Below are positions 46,504 to 61,099 of a stretch of 64,000 nt of DNA, one piece after another. This stretch comes from Felis catus. Taxonomy: Eukaryota. The stretch's first letter is position 1; each line of letters opens with the position of its first letter. Under the pieces are notes generated by a model. The model saw only the letters and a program-made list of their open reading frames with translations, made no database searches and was not told where the DNA came from. Location: positions 128,776,001 through 128,840,000 of the forward strand of contig NC_058368.1 of NCBI RefSeq assembly GCF_018350175.1. The letters run 5' to 3'. The translations under genes and the position numbers were made by a program.

Positions 46504-47065
46504 CTGAGGAAGCAGACATTCTAAGATTAGAATCAACATTACTGGTGGAAGCAGGAAAACTTAAGAGTAGGCCATTAGGTGTAACATCAAAGTAAAGCTG
46601 CTTCTGTGTCACAGCTGTAAGGACAGAATGATGCTCCGTTTTTTCTCAAGTACTGCTTCTGCATAGTTGTATCGGCAAGTTCTATCAATAAACAAAGGAG
46701 AGACTAAGAATATATACATGCAATTCCACCATCAGCCAAAAAGTCACATAAATCTTTCACATTTTCAAATAACATTCATGACAGGGAATAGTATTCTTTA
46801 GTGAACTTCTAAACCCTTATCTCTTCCATTTTTTAAACTCATTTGAGCTTTTAATACTCGCTCAGCAGAAGAGGAAGGGAACAAGAAAAGTCTGTACTGA
46901 ATCACGGTGCTTTTTTTCCCTTGTAACCAATAGGTTTTAAAGTGTGTATATTATACACACACATATATGTATATATTATATGTTGTTAATATTTAGCAAA
47001 GTAACCCATGGGTTTTTTGGAAGTATTTTACTGTGAAGTGTAATATTCTTAAAGTGATAACAGTA

Positions 47066-47254
47066 GGGCACCTGGGTGGCTCAGTCGGTTGAGCATCCAA
47101 CTCTTGTTTCTGGCTCAGATCATGATCTCATGGTTTGTGAGATCAAGCCCCTCATCAGGCTCCACACCGTCAGTGGAGATTCTCTCTCTCCCTCTCTCTC
47201 TGCCTCTCTCCCCGCTCATGCTCTCTCTCTTTTTCTCTCTCAAAATAAATAAAC
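47066..47254 (+). mobile_element. CanSINE within an old L1 3' fragment (~47020-47790, -)
   Basis: SINE head and tail are clear. The flanks resemble an old L1 3'UTR. Confidence 0.85.
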
Positions 47255-49208
47255 ATGACATCTGCAGTTTACAAATAGTTGTAAGAATGAACACCCCTTG
47301 TAACTGCCACCCATGGTTGAAGAAAAAATATGTGGAAAAATTTGACCAGCATGCCAAAAGCCCTGTGGGTCCCTTGACAATCACAATCTTCTCCCCACAC
47401 TTGTCCTTTCTTCTCTGAGATAGCTCTAGCTTTACTTTGTAGGCAATCGTTTCTTTGCTTTTCTTTATAGTCTTACCACTTGAGTGTGCAGCCATATGCA
47501 CGAGATACATCTGTATAGTTTAGCGCTGTATGTTTGGCAACTTTTTATAAATGAAATCATACTTGATATATTCTTTAGTCTTGCTTCTTCCATTTGTCAT
47601 CCATGTGATTGAATGTAGCTGTCAGTTTGTTCATTTTCATTGCTTTGTAGTATTCTGTTGTGTAAATGGACCAGTTTACTTATCCATTCTTTTGTGTTGG
47701 ATGTCTGGACTGCTTGCACTTTGTACCCACCAGATAATATTGCTATGACGATTTTGTGCTATCTCCTGGTGCATGTGGACATGTATTTCTGTTGGACATC
47801 GTTCTAGTTAATAAATATTAGTGATGTGACAGTGGACAATGAAACTATCTTTTTCTGGAAGCAAATTTAGTGAGCCAGTAATTTAATGAAGGGGGAAAAA
47901 ACATTATTTTGGTTATTTTAAGGTGGTAGGTGCTATCTAGACATAGAGATGGCCACTTCATCCAGATAAATAAAAAATAGAATATCCAGGATTTTACCTT
48001 TTGTTTAAGATTTGTATCTATAAGTATGTTTCATCAAGAAAATAAAACATTTTAGTTTTCAAACTACCTCTAGTATTATTTCTAGAATTCTAAAATTAAC
48101 AGGATGAAACAGAGCAGAGAATGTATCTTACATTTCTTTTATTTTCTTCATGAAGACCATGGCACTGCTAAAAAGATGTTAAGTCCCCGCTAAATATATA
48201 TTTCCTCTTTGGCATAAAATTATTTGTATAAATAGGTATAATTTGCAAGGGACAGGCCCCTAAAAAGGAGACAGGAGTAGGTTGGTTTAACTTAAAACTT
48301 TTTCTGTTTCGAAAGACTCTTTCCTGAAACAGAAAATAATAGTTTGGATGAGTCAACGCAGTAATCTGCTTTCTCCATAATTTGTCTTACTTACTGCATT
48401 CATCCTTGTCCTAAGTACAACTAATATTAGCATATTTCTGAGGTATTTTTAAAAAGTTATAAAATGGGCCTTTGTTTGCCCTTCAAACAATACAGTAAGA
48501 TGCAAGGGTATCACTTCTGATAGTCCTGTGCTTCAGAGCATATGTATTTTAGGGCTTCTTCTGATTTCACCAGTAAGGTCCCATCATGGTAAATTGATAT
48601 CAGTATCTTCCTGTTTTTTTTGGGTTCCATTCCAGAGCTTCAGTGGAACAGTCAAAATAATGTTTGTCATTCTATCCTTGGTTAGCTGAAGTCTTGTTCC
48701 TGTTTATATGAAATGACCATTGGGCTAATGCAGTTAACACAAACACTTCTAAAAACTATTCCGAGTATTGAGGAAAAGGCACTTTAATTTAAAAATTACT
48801 TATCCAGGATCCAGGCTGGGAGAAACACTTTCTTGAGAATTCAGCATGCTACCCACACCGCAATTCATTTTGCTGCTCTGCTATAACAAATGTGTTTGAA
48901 TTCTTCTTTGCAATGAAAAGATTCTTTTGTCTTCCTTAGGGATTGTAACTTTCAAAAGGTGTTCTTAAATATATTACTACCTTATTTAAACTATTTGCTT
49001 CCAAGATGTGTAGTACTTTGCACGAAGAATAAGTCACTGATCCCTTGGGCACACAAAAGGAAAGTGCTCTTCTGCGTTTCCCATTTTATTTTGTTTTTCT
49101 GTGGTAGGTTTATGACTTGATGCCCAGCTTTTTTATAGATTCACCTCTCACAGGACACAATTCCCTTTAATGTGTTTTCCATGCTTATAGAAAGAACCAA
49201 TGTGTTAG

Positions 49209-49552
49209 TGTCTTAGTCTGTTCAGGTTACTATAACAAAATATCATAAACTGGGTGGCTTATAAACAACAAAGATTTATTCCTCACAGTTCTCAAAGCTG
49301 GGAAGTCCAAGATCAAGGCTCTGGCAGATTCACTGTCTGGTGAGGGCCTGCTTCCTAGTTCATAAACAATTTTCTTTTTGCTATAACCTCACATGTCAAA
49401 AAAGTGGGTCTCTCATAGGGCACTAATCCCACTCATGCAGTTCCGCTCTTATGATCTAACCACCTCCAAAAGGCCTTACCCCCCAGTACCATCCTCTTAG
49501 GGGTTAAGATTTCAAAAATGTAGAGTGGGACACAACCATTCAGACCATAGCA
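49209..49552 (-). mobile_element. MaLR solo LTR (MLT1A-like)
   Basis: tgtcttagtctgttcagg...aaactgggtggcttataaacaac...gggaagtccaagatcaagg...cagaccatagca. The 5-bp flanks are gttag and ggtag. Confidence 0.87.
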
Positions 49553-49897
49553 GGTAGCAATCACCAGTAGAAATTTCATTTTTACCATGTGGCTTTCTCT
49601 TGGTATATGGAGACAGGCCTCCTTAAAGTGCTCCTTGAGTCAAGTGAAAGTGGCTTTCACTGATGTCTTGGAGATTTAAAAAAAAAAATTGACAATTTAT
49701 TGTTTTTATTAGTCTGGGATAAACATTTTAGATTGTTCTATGAAATTAAAAGATATTAAAATCAAAGAATTAGGGAAGTTGCTAAGAAAAGTTGCCAATT
49801 TCTCTGTTGATGGTATAGAGTTGACTTCCTATGTATAGGAAGGTCTGTGAGTAGAGGAATGCCATGATAAAGGTGGTGTTTAAGGGAGACTGTACAT

Positions 49898-50777
49898 GAG
49901 CACCTGGGTGGCTCAGTCACTTGAGCATCTGACTCTTGATTTTGTCTCAGGTCATGATCTCATGGTCATGGAATTGAGCCCCGCGTCGGGCTCCATGCTA
50001 AGCCTAAGTACGTACATAAAAATAAAGGAGCCTGTACAGCAGCAGGCCAGAGTCAAGAACATCTGCCCTTCCATGAGGTTGTCCCAGACTGCTATGACCT
50101 TGCTGGATTTTGAGTCCCTGTGAATAATTATACAGTAAATAAGAACAGATGGGTGGGTCAAAATAAAATGCTTGTAGCAGAAAATACAGAACAATTTATC
50201 CTGAGAGGAAAGCAATGGTTAAAATTCACATGAAGAAAAAAATCTTGGATATGGTATTTTCTGTGGAGTTAGAACTTTTAATAAGTTAATGTATTTTCTT
50301 TTATTTTTTTTTATTTTTTTAATGTTTATTTTTGAGAAAGACACAGAGCACAAGTAGGGGAGGGGCAAAGAGAGAGGGAGACACAGAATGTGATGCAGGT
50401 TCCAGGCTCCATGCTGTCAGCACAGAGCCTGATGCCGGGCTTGAAACCACAAAGTGCAAGATCATGACCTGAGTCAAAGTTGGCACTTAACCAACTGAGC
50501 CACCCAGTCGCCCCTATGTTATGGTACTTCTTGAAGGTACAAGAATATCCTTATATTTCAAAGGATTCTAGGGGCACCTGGGTGGCTCAGTTGGTTAAAC
50601 CTCCAACTCTTGATTTCAGCTCAGGTCATGATCTCAGGGTCTTGAGTTTGAACCTGGAGTCAGGCTCTGTACTGACCCCGTGGAGCCCGCTTGGGATTCT
50701 CTGCCTCCCCCTCTCTCTGCCCCCCACCTCTCTCTCTCTCTCTCTCTGTCTCAAATAAACATTTTTTTTAAAAAAAG
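49898..50777. mobile_element. Three CanSINEs: + 49898-50026 (partial), - 50298-50514, + 50571-50777
   Basis: Heads and cores are readable for each. Confidence 0.88.
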
Positions 50778-51009
50778 ATGCTATTGTTTTATGGAACAGA
50801 GTTTGGGAAACACAGAGTTAAAATATAGCATCATGTATTTGGGTTAGAGATTATTGAAAGAATATATACTAGCAGTGTGTCACAAGAATGACTATGAGTC
50901 TACTTTTGCATATCCCCAGGAACAGCACACAGTTGTCTATATTTTACTCCATATAAAACTGTGATTCTCAACAAAGGCTTCCCTTGACAAGGTAGTAGCA
51001 GAATCTCAG

Positions 51010-51465
51010 TTGGATTTTGTCAAATGCTTTTTTCTGCATCTGTTGAGATGATCATGTTTTTCTATTTTGTGTTTGTTAACATGATGAATTCCAGTGATTG
51101 GTTTTATAATGTTAAGTCAACCCTGCATTTTTGGGATAAATCCCACTTGGTTGAGGTACTATCCTTTTAATATATCATTAGATTTGATTTACTAAAATTT
51201 TGTTTAGAATTTTTGCATCTATGTTTATGAGGGATATCAGCATGCAAGTTTCTCTTACTGTCCTTCCTTTGTTTGATTTTTGGTATCATGGTAATGCTGG
51301 ACTAACAGAATGAGTTGGGAAGTATTTCCTCCTCTATTTTCTAGAACACTTTGAGTAGAATTATTATTATTTCTTCATTACGTGTTTATGAGAATTTACC
51401 CTGAAGCCATCTGGACTTGGGATGGTCTTTGTCAGAAGGTTTTAAACTACTATTTCTTGAACAGA
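51010..51465 (-). mobile_element. Old L1 ORF2 (RT region) fragment
   Basis: ttgtcaaatgctttttctgcatc...gggataaatcccacttgg...gaatgagttgggaagt...gaagccatctggacttgg is antisense to the [14 protein letters not shown] and PGPDGF motifs. Confidence 0.85.
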
Positions 51466-53009
51466 TACGCAGTTTATATCATTACCCTCAATTCCAGCAC
51501 AATAGCACAAAGTCTTATTTTAGTTTTCATCTTTTCCACATTTTGTAAGTCCCTTCTCTGACAATGAAAAATCTGTCTCCTATTATCTTTAATATGTTAA
51601 TTTATTAGATTAACTTCCCTGTATGTAATAGCCAATCTCCCCTTGCCAGTGTTGCCCCCTTCCCCATGCAAATGCGCTCTTTGTCCCATTTGGGTTCTGA
51701 CACCCTCCCAAGGTCACAGCTGCTATCTCGTCCTCTAGCCCCCACCCCATGTGGATGCCTTCCTCACCCCACTGAGGCTTTGATGTCTGTGCCAGACTGC
51801 CCTGTTGCATAGACATCTCCTACTTTCTCTTCTCATGCACTTGTGAAATTGTTCCTGCCAACTGAGTCCATTTTATTCCATTTAAATTCCATGTTGTCTA
51901 GTATATAATTGGAAATTAACAAATGCTTAATAAGACTAAAAAGAACGAAATTTTTAAATGGACGCATGGTGTGTCAACACTCTAAAAAAGGTGTTACTAT
52001 TAACAGAATTGCCAGAGTTCTCATTCTGGCTTTGCTGTTGACTAATATGAATTAAATAAACTTCTCTGAACTTCTGTTTCCTAATTTGTTAAAAGGGATG
52101 AGGACAGAAATAATTACAATAATGATGATAATGGCACATGATGCCTTCTATGTACCTGTGCTAAGTACTGTGCTAGTACCTGTGCTAAGGACTTGACATC
52201 TAATCTTCAAAATAGTCTTTTGGAGGAAATACTATTATTATATTCATTTTACCAAATAAAAAGCTGTTATTTGAGGGAGGTGCCATTATCTTCCTCATTT
52301 TCAGATGAGGAAATGAAGCACACACACAAAATATTTATCCAAAGTCATATAGCTAATAATTGGTGGCATTGGAATTTAGCTACTGTGCCTTCAAAAAGCA
52401 ATAGTGCCCAGCACATATGAAAATTCCTAGTATGTAGTGAGCTGCAGTAAATAATAATCCATTTAATGTGTAAAGTGATTAATTATAATAGCTCTGAATC
52501 ACTATTGCCAGGTCTATGACATAGGAAGAGTCATGATACTACCCAATAGGAGTGGGGAGGATAATCCATTTTTAGCTTGAATACAAATTAGAAGTAATTT
52601 TTCTTCCTAGGCAGAGTTTAAAATCCACTCTATTTATTCTAGATTGGTAAAGCAGACATTTTTATGTAGAAAGAAGACACAGGCTCAGAAATAGGTTATG
52701 TGCTTAAATCTAAAAGGAAATTTAAGATGAGGAAAGATGTTTCCAGTCAATAGAAGATGAGAAAAAGAATTAATGGTACCCTGGAGATAAAAGAATAAAC
52801 AAAGGACATCAGAGCTGGAGAAAGTAGCCCAGTGGTTGCAAGGAGAACAATGAAGACTTGACAAGCATCTATCATTCCAGTTCAGCATTTAATAACAGCC
52901 CTAAGCCCACATATCCATTAATGTTGTGATGAATCTGTGAACTTGGCATATGATAGTTGCTCAGTATATGCTTGATGAATTGATCTGACAATCCTTTAAA
53001 AAGCTTAAG

Positions 53010-55545
53010 TTGAATTTCCGGTAAAAGATACAAACCTAAAATAAAGGGGAGAACAGGAAGGAAAACAACACTGTCAGAATTTTGGAGGCTGAAAAGAATA
53101 TAGTTATTGACTTAGCAGACTAGAGAAAGCAATCCTAAACTGGCAGTAAGGAAAGCTGAACAGAAACTTAATTTACATTGCAAGATCCCCCAAGACACAG
53201 GTATCTCTGCAAGGCAAGGGTGAATATGGGGTTAAGGCTTCTCTGACAGCGTGTTAATGAAGCAATTATTCTTTTATTCCTTTCCCACTTTGCACAGCAA
53301 CTTCCCTTGACCTTCTCAGCTCCCAGACTGCTGGCTGTCAACCAACATGCAGCTGGCAGAAAAATAGAAATCTTCTCTGGGGGAGAGAAAAGAACTAAGA
53401 TCCTGACATCAGGAAGTCCCCAAGGACTAGAACTAAGATCTTGACATTGAGAATCTCACAAGGAATAGGCCCAGCCAGATTGCCCCATGAGGAAGACTAC
53501 AGTAAGCAAGCTACACATACATTTGCAGAGTTTCTAATCTGCTTTCTGGTGGACAGGTTTTGGTTTGAGCAAACAGCCAGGGAATACCAAAAGGACAAGG
53601 AAAGGCTCTGCTATGAGTGAAAGGTTGAGAAAATAAGAGAAATTGTTATATTCATAGAAGGACAAGGTATTAGGTTAAAAAAAATTCAGAGAACAAAGAA
53701 ACAAGCATTTGGAAATTAAGATAGCAGATACGCAGGAAGTTTGCATGAAGTAGAAGATCAATACAGAAGGTAGAATTTAGGAAATGTGTCAGAGAGTACA
53801 ATAAAGAGACAAAGATACAGAAAGTAGGAGAGAAAAAGTAAGAAAATAAGACAACCAATCCAGAATATTCAATACGTAAATAATAGGGTTTCCAGAAAGA
53901 GGACACAGAGAAAATGGAGGGGGAGAAATTATAGAAAGGAATTCAAGAAAATTTCTCAGAACCCAGCACAGTGGTCTAAAATAGACCCACATGTATCCTA
54001 GCATGACATTTCAAAGCACTGGGGAAAAAGAGAAAATCCTGTAATCTCCAGAGGGATGGGGAAGAGAGGTTCCATACCAGAATCAAACATAAGAATGGCC
54101 CCAAACTCCTCAAAATATAATAGAAGCTGTAAATCAATGACCTTGTCTTCAAACTTCTGAGTTTGAAGTTTGAAAATCATTTCCAATTTCAGTTCCATTC
54201 CCATCCAAAACTGTGAGGGCAGAATAAACATCTGTAAAGCACCCCTTCTCAGGAAGCTACAGGGGGGTATGCTCCACTAAAACAAGGAAGTGATGGAAGA
54301 GTAAGACCTAGGATCTAAGAAACAAAGGAGAGTCTGTAGGATGGATTGGTTGGAGACATCAAAGTGCCATTGGTACCTAGAAAGCAACATGTCCAGGATG
54401 GAACATGCCATAGCATTCCTGGAAGGATTTCTTCAGGAAGTCGAAATTGATGGATTACCTCATTTGGATATCTCAAGAGAAAACTTGTACACTTTGGGAA
54501 GGATTTGAATTAAATTAGCAACATCTCCATAAAGAAGTGAGCAAATGTATAAAAGGACCATTGTTAAATTCAGAGAAAACTAAAAGTGCAGGGCGCATTA
54601 AGATTATGAATTTGTACTTATCATAAGCAAATGAAAAGGCAGAATCTGGAGGAGATATTAATAATACACATAAATGACAAATAATACCAAGAATATATAA
54701 TGAACTTCTAAAAAAGATGACAAACAACCCAATACAAAATAGACAGGAAATCTGAAGAAGTATTTCACAGAAGAGGAAATTACATATGGCCAATAAATGC
54801 AAAGAAATGGTCAGCATTATTAGTGAACAGGAAGATGCCAATCAAAACCACAATGATACAGCCATTTCTTTGGCAAAAATTTAAAAGACTGATAATACCA
54901 AATGATGGGTAAGATGTAGAATCATAAAATCTTTTTCGTGTTGCTGGTGAGATTAAAAAATAAAAATGCGGGGCACCTGAGTGGCTCATTCGGTTGAATG
55001 TCCGACTTCAGCTCAGGTCATGATCTCACATTTCGTGGGTTCGAGCCCCACATCGGGCTCTGTGCTGACAGCTCAGAGCCTGGAGCCTGCTTCAGATTCT
55101 GTGTCTCCCTCTCTCTCTCATCCTCCCCTGCTCACACTCCGTCTCTCTTTCTCTCTCTCTCTCTCTCAAAATTAAATAAACATTAAAAAAAATAAAAATA
55201 AAAAATAAAAATACTTTGGCATTACCTTCCAAAGTTGGGAGAGAAACAAACAAACAAACAAACAAACAAAAACATACTCTGTGACCCAGCAATCTTCTTT
55301 CAGGTGGAAAGTTTAAAACATATAAAATAAGAGAAATGTACCAGAAGTTTCATCATAGCACTGTTAAGCAAAAGCCTGGAAACAACCCAAAAGCTGCCTA
55401 TCCCTGAGACTGGATGATAATTTACAGCAGTCAAAACAAATAAGTGTATGAATGAAACTCTATCATAAGATTTCATCATAAGTGAAAGAAGTAAATTTCA
55501 AATGTTATATACATCACAATGTACTTTATATAAAATTTAAATTTA
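53010..55545 (+). mobile_element. Old degraded L1-like element (5'/ORF1 and 3' parts) with a nested CanSINE (+, 54970-55210)
   Basis: A-rich strand with ORF1-like and ORF2-end-like phrases. The SINE is clear; L1 boundaries are approximate. Confidence 0.6.
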
Positions 55546-55579
55546 AAAAAATCTGTTTATTTATTAGTCATATATTCAT

Positions 55580-57094
55580 TTACTTCTCTTGTCATGGTTA
55601 TCCTAGAGATTATAGCTTCTATCCTCAACAAATTAGTACTTTTATGTTATCCTGGACAATTCAAAGATTTTAGCACCCTTAAATCCCATTTATCACCCTT
55701 CTTGCTTCTTTACCATTGTTGTCATGTGTTTTAATTTTCTGTTTTTATCCCACAAAACATTGTTACTGTTGTTTTCTGCAATGAGGGTTAACTTGGTTTA
55801 CCTACATATTTATCTGGGTTTTTGCTCTTCATGACTCTCTACATTTCTGAATTTTCCTGAAATAATTTTCCTTCTTCTTGATGAACATACTTTAACCCTC
55901 TTAGTTTTTGTCTGAAAATGTGTTTATTTTACTTTTTTTGATCATTACTTTTTTGGGGAATAAAATTCTAGATTGGGACTTATTTTCTTTTTGCACTTTA
56001 AAAGTATTGTTTCACTGTCTTCCAGCTTCCATTGCTCTTGTTTTACTGGATATTCTTTTAAAGACATTCTTTCATTTTTCTCTTGCTCTTTGTCCTTGGT
56101 GTTTAGTAGTTACACTGTGATGTGTCTAGGTGTGTGGGGGGAGGGAAATGGAGGCTTGGTATCATTTTTAGAAAAATTCAAATAATTATCAAATATTATT
56201 TCTATCCATTTTCCTTCTCCCCTTTTGTGTTCTTTATATTTCTTACAGAAAAAAATCTATAAGAAAGAGCAGAAGAAATACTCATTTTTCTTTTCCTTGT
56301 TTCATTTAAGATGTTTTTATCTGAGTTTTCTTTCAATTCACTAATTCTCTTTTCAGCTGTGTTTAATCTGTAGACCCCTGTTGACTGGGATCTTAATATA
56401 AATTACTGTTCTTAAGTTTTACAGTATTTTTATTCTTTACTATAGCTTTATTTGTTTACCAGAATTCTCCATCTTATCTTTTATTTCTTTGAACATATTA
56501 AGCATAATTATTTTAACATCTACATCTGGTAACTCCCTTATCTTGATCCTCTTGTGTCTATTGTTTTTCTTGGTTTTTTATGATGTTGTCATACACGTGG
56601 TTATCTTTGATTGAATGCCAGGCATTTTAAATGAAAGCTTATACAGATACTTTGAGGTCTAAGATGAAGTCATTTTACTCTAGTGAAGATTTGAGTTTTT
56701 TTTTTTTTTTCCAGAAGACTGCCAAGGGCATTGGCAATATGAGATCACCTTAATCCCTTAAAGGATTGAGAAAATTTCACCTGAGCTTCATTCTCTGTAG
56801 GGGCTGGTCTATTTCCAGTCCACTCTTTACCTCTATGAAGTTAGCTTTAAGTCATCTCAATCTAAAACCTGGGAGATACATCCTCCTCCTTGGCAAGCAC
56901 TGAACTCCAGTTTTGTCCCGTTGGCCTTATGAGTCTACCAGCAGCTTTGCTCAGCTATTCAGTCACCTCTCCCAAAATCAGCAGATGACTAAGGGGAATA
57001 CAGCCTCAAATTTCTGCCTTTCCTCCCTGGGTTTCTTCTCCCTGATCAGGAATTCACATGATCTTTGCTGTCTTGTTATCTCTCTGATAATTTA

Positions 57095-57139
<45 letters not shown>

Positions 57140-57190
57140 CCTCAAGCATTTCAGCTTGCTTTTTCTGAAAGGGTTGGTCCTAATTACAAA
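55580..57190 (-). mobile_element. Old degraded L1-like fragment with (GT)21 at 57097-57138
   Basis: T-rich strand with phrases shared with the 2610-4470 element (ttgtctgaaaatg, ttttcttt..gcactttaa). Confidence 0.55.
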
Positions 57191-57685
57191 GTTTACCTCT
57201 AAAATTAACTCCCAAGAGATACTTTTATCTATTCTCTCTGTATATCCCTTTATGTAGGAATACATGTAGATGCAACAAAGTTATATAAAAATGAAAATAG
57301 AAAGTGACCAACCCAAGATTAGGACTAAGCTTCATTCAGATAAAGAAAGACCAAAAGATGAATTGGTTGTGGGTGGGGAGAACATTGTTAGTTACAGGTT
57401 CTTCTCACACCTCTAGCTTTTGTCTCAGGTGTCATTCAAGGGAGCTAATCACGTTACAAACAGCTAATTAAATAACTAAACAAAAAAAGACCATGCATAA
57501 CCCAGTGACATGTGTGTCATGAATCATAATGAATCCTATTCTGTGTACCTCGGATTTAATTTAAAAAAGAAAATTACGTAGGAAAGAAAATAAAATCATA
57601 GTATATTACGTGACACAGAGGGGGATAATATTCAAGTACTGAACAGCGATCTAACTGAAATTGTGGCAGGCTAAACTTGAGGATT

Positions 57686-58106
57686 TTTTTTTCAATATAT
57701 GAAATTTATTGTCAAATTGGTTTCCATACAACACCCAGTGCTCATCCCAAAACAGTGCCCTCCTCAATACCCATCACCCACCCACCCCTCCTTCCCACCC
57801 CCCCATCAGCCCTCAGTTTGTTCTCAGTTTTTAAGAGTCTCCTATGCTTTGGCTCTCTCCCACTCTAACCTCTTTGGTATTTTTTTTTCCTTCCCCTCCC
57901 CCATGGGTTCCTGTTAAGTTTCTCAGGATCCACGTAAGAGTGAAACCATATGGTATCTGTCTTTCTGTATGGCTTATTTCACTTAGCATGACACTCTCCA
58001 GTTCCATCCACGTTGCTACAAAGAGCCATATTTCATTCTTTCTCATTGCCACGTAGTACTCCATTGTGTATATAAACCACAATTTCTTTATCCATTCATC
58101 ATCAGT
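57686..58106 (-). mobile_element. 5'-truncated feline L1 (3' ~420 bp)
   Basis: Translation [18 protein letters not shown]...[13 protein letters not shown], as in the full-length copy. Perfect 14-bp TSD taaacttgaggatt at 57672-57685 and 58107-58120. Confidence 0.95.
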
Positions 58107-58375
58107 TAAACTTGAGGATTAAAAGTGTGTGTTTGTGGGAAAATAAAAGCCAGAAGTAAAAGATAACTAAATCTTCATCTTCTGTATTGGGAAATTAATA
58201 CGTAATGCCTAAAATGAAAAAGTCACAAAATGATCAGATTCTCTGGAACTAAGAAACTAAATAAGAATCTGCTGCAAGAGTTCAAAATGGTTGACTGGAG
58301 GTGTGGTAGTGGGTTGGGAATGAGAAATCAAATTGGTATTTATAACAAGGTTTTTAGAGCTGTTTGTTTGAATTG

Positions 58376-59999
58376 GTTTTTTTTTTATTTTTTTAATGTT
58401 TATTTATTTTAGAGAGACAGAATGCGAACAGGGGAGAGGCAGAGAGAGAGAGAGAGAGAGAGACAGAGTCCGAAGTAGGCTCCAGGCTCTGAGCTGTCAG
58501 CACAGACTCAGCATGAAGCTTGAACTCACAAACCATGAAATCATGACCCGAGCTAAAGTCAGTCACCTAACGACTGAGACACCCAGGCTCCCCAACTGTT
58601 TAAATTGTTAATAAAGTCTGTAACTTTGGTAAAAATTAAAATTAAAAAAGGATTATCATAGCTAATTAAAAATATAAGAGATATATAGTAGAAAATACTA
58701 GAAAGTAATACTTGAAGATAGTTTGCCTAAAACTTAACCATATCGGTGGATTTATTATTTCAACCAGTTGGCTTTCAGCCAATTCCTTTGCCATTTTCCA
58801 CATGACAGGAAAGAAAGAGAGAGAGAGAAGGAAGGAAGGGAGGGAGGGAGGGAGGGAGGGAGGAAGAGAGTAAAAGCTTTAAAAAGTATGTGCTGTTCAT
58901 CTGCAAGGATTTTTATAAGATTGTTATGTGTGTAGCCCTAAAGTTCTGAAAAGAGATTAAACTTTTATTTGGGAGTCATGAGCTAAAAAGACAGCTTAGG
59001 GGCACCTGGGTGGCTCAGTCGATAAATGCCTCTTACTTTGGCTCGGGTCGTGATCTCACAGTCTGTGAGTTTGAGTCCCACGTTGAACTCTGTGCTGACG
59101 GCTCGGAGCCTGGAGCCTGCTTCAGATGCTGTGTCTCCCTCTCTCTGCTCCTCCCCTGCTCATGCTCTCTCTCTTTCAAAAATAAATAACTATTAAAAAA
59201 ATTTAAAAATAAATAAATAAAAGGCTTAGCTCTTGTGCTGATTAAAAGGGAAAATTCCATAAAAATAATTGAAAACATATTATTTGATAAACTGAAAACT
59301 AGAAAAGTTATTGTCCACATGATATGACATTATTAAGTACTGTGAAAAATGAGGATTTCTGCAAAACTGAAAAAAAAATCCTGTTATTCCCTTCTGATGG
59401 AAAATGTACTTTTGTTCAGGCATGTTTATTAGTTGCCTAGGCTGAATTTTTGGTTCTGTGTGTATTAGTCATAGACTGTGTTTTGTCTTCTAGTTACTAT
59501 GTATCAAGCTTGGCACTGAACTACAGCCCTCCAGATCCTAGACCTGAGGATGAGGCACAGCACAATTCAGAAGTCTTCTCTGGCCACTGATCACACATCC
59601 AATCTGAAACTGTGCAAGTTGAGCACAGAACTTTAGCCTTTCTATACATCAGTTTTGCCAACCCTAAAATGGGAGTAACCGTTCTAGCTTACCTGTTATG
59701 GTTGCTCCAGAAAGGAATTAACGTGATTGTCAAAGACATCACCTTAAAAAAACAACAACAATAACAACAACAAAAAAACTAGGGGCACCTGGGTGGCTCA
59801 GTCAGTTGATTGTCCAACTTACACTCAGATCATGATCTCGTGGTTCACGTGTTTGAGCCCCACATAGGGCTCTGTACTGACAGCTCAGAGCCTGGAGCCT
59901 GCTTCAGATTCTGTATCTTCCTCTCTCTGTCTCTCCCCGGCTTATGCTCTCTTTCAAAAATGAATTAAAAAAAAACCCAAAAACAAACAAACAAAAACA
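58376..59999. mobile_element. Three CanSINEs: - 58376-58593, + 58999-59222, + 59782-59999
   Basis: Heads, cores and tails are readable. Confidence 0.88.
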
Positions 60000-61099
60000 A
60001 TTTGGTTGTTAGTACAATACGCAGAAAGGAAAAGTGAAGCTGAGTTTCATATCAAGGCAGTAACAGGTTTGTTTCTGTGTTTCAGTGTCTACATGAGTAG
60101 GTATCATTTCAGGAAAAGGAATGAACCTTGTGTATTATGTAAATAAGCACATACATGTTTTTAAATCTTGTGATATTTACTAGATACTTGTTATCTACTA
60201 GCTCTGTGTAAACTACAAAGTGTCTGTATGTTTTTGTGTTGATACATCCACAAGTCCTAATTCAGGATTTTAGGTGTAGCCAAAGAACCAAGTACATTTA
60301 GCTGCCACCAAAGTAAATGAATATAGAACATGTTTTGCCAGTGCTATAAGCACAGAGTTGACCAGCCCCATGACATTTTTGGTTACGTTTGAGTGACCAT
60401 ATTTTGAGTTACAAGGCTAAGCAACCTCATGGCCATAAAAAGTTCTAACACTCCCACCCTATTAGATATTGCATTTATATCTAGCTTATTCATTTCTGCC
60501 TCCACATTGGGTAACTAAGGAAACAATGATGTCACTGCTCAGTGTGGTACTTACTAACTTCCCTATTTAGGCTTATGGTTTGGGAAGCCAACAGCTATTT
60601 AATAAGTCTCACCTCCACCTCTGTAATAAATTCATACAACTTTTATTTTTCTAAGGGGAAAATAGGGGAAGCAATACCATTCTGTATGTATTGTTTGGAG
60701 GAAAATATGTATTCCAAAGTGTACTGTTCCTGTAAAATCATCTGTGCATTGGCAGCAGCAGTTTTTTGATAGATATTGACAACATTGAGCCAGTTGGGGG
60801 ACCCAAATTAATGCTTCCCTTAGGTGCCATGCTCCTTTGAACATTTGTCCTTCAACTGGCCACCCTCCTTTCTTTACCTTCCACCTTACTTTTATCTGGA
60901 GAAGCTGGCTTTCCATCTTGGTCTTCTTCCTAGTAATCTTTCCAACTGCATCATGTTGGTAATAGAAAGTTTCTAGAAATAAATAGTACCCAGATATAGC
61001 CTGGGCCCACTGCTCCCCAAATGGAATAGAAATGAGTTAGCATTCTCTTCAGTTAAATAAATACATGGACACCCAGTACAGTTCAGCAATCATTTGCCT

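Noticed and set aside
43850..49200. Long repeat-poor stretches as enhancers or lncRNA exons
   Set aside because: Plausible, but nothing in the sequence alone supports a specific call.
13080..59320. Many 60-130 aa ORFs with RERERE, SLSLSL or GAWVAQSV motifs
   Set aside because: Translations of CanSINEs and microsatellites.
1558..59999. tRNA-like A/B box sequences
   Set aside because: All are tRNA-derived SINE heads, not tRNA genes.
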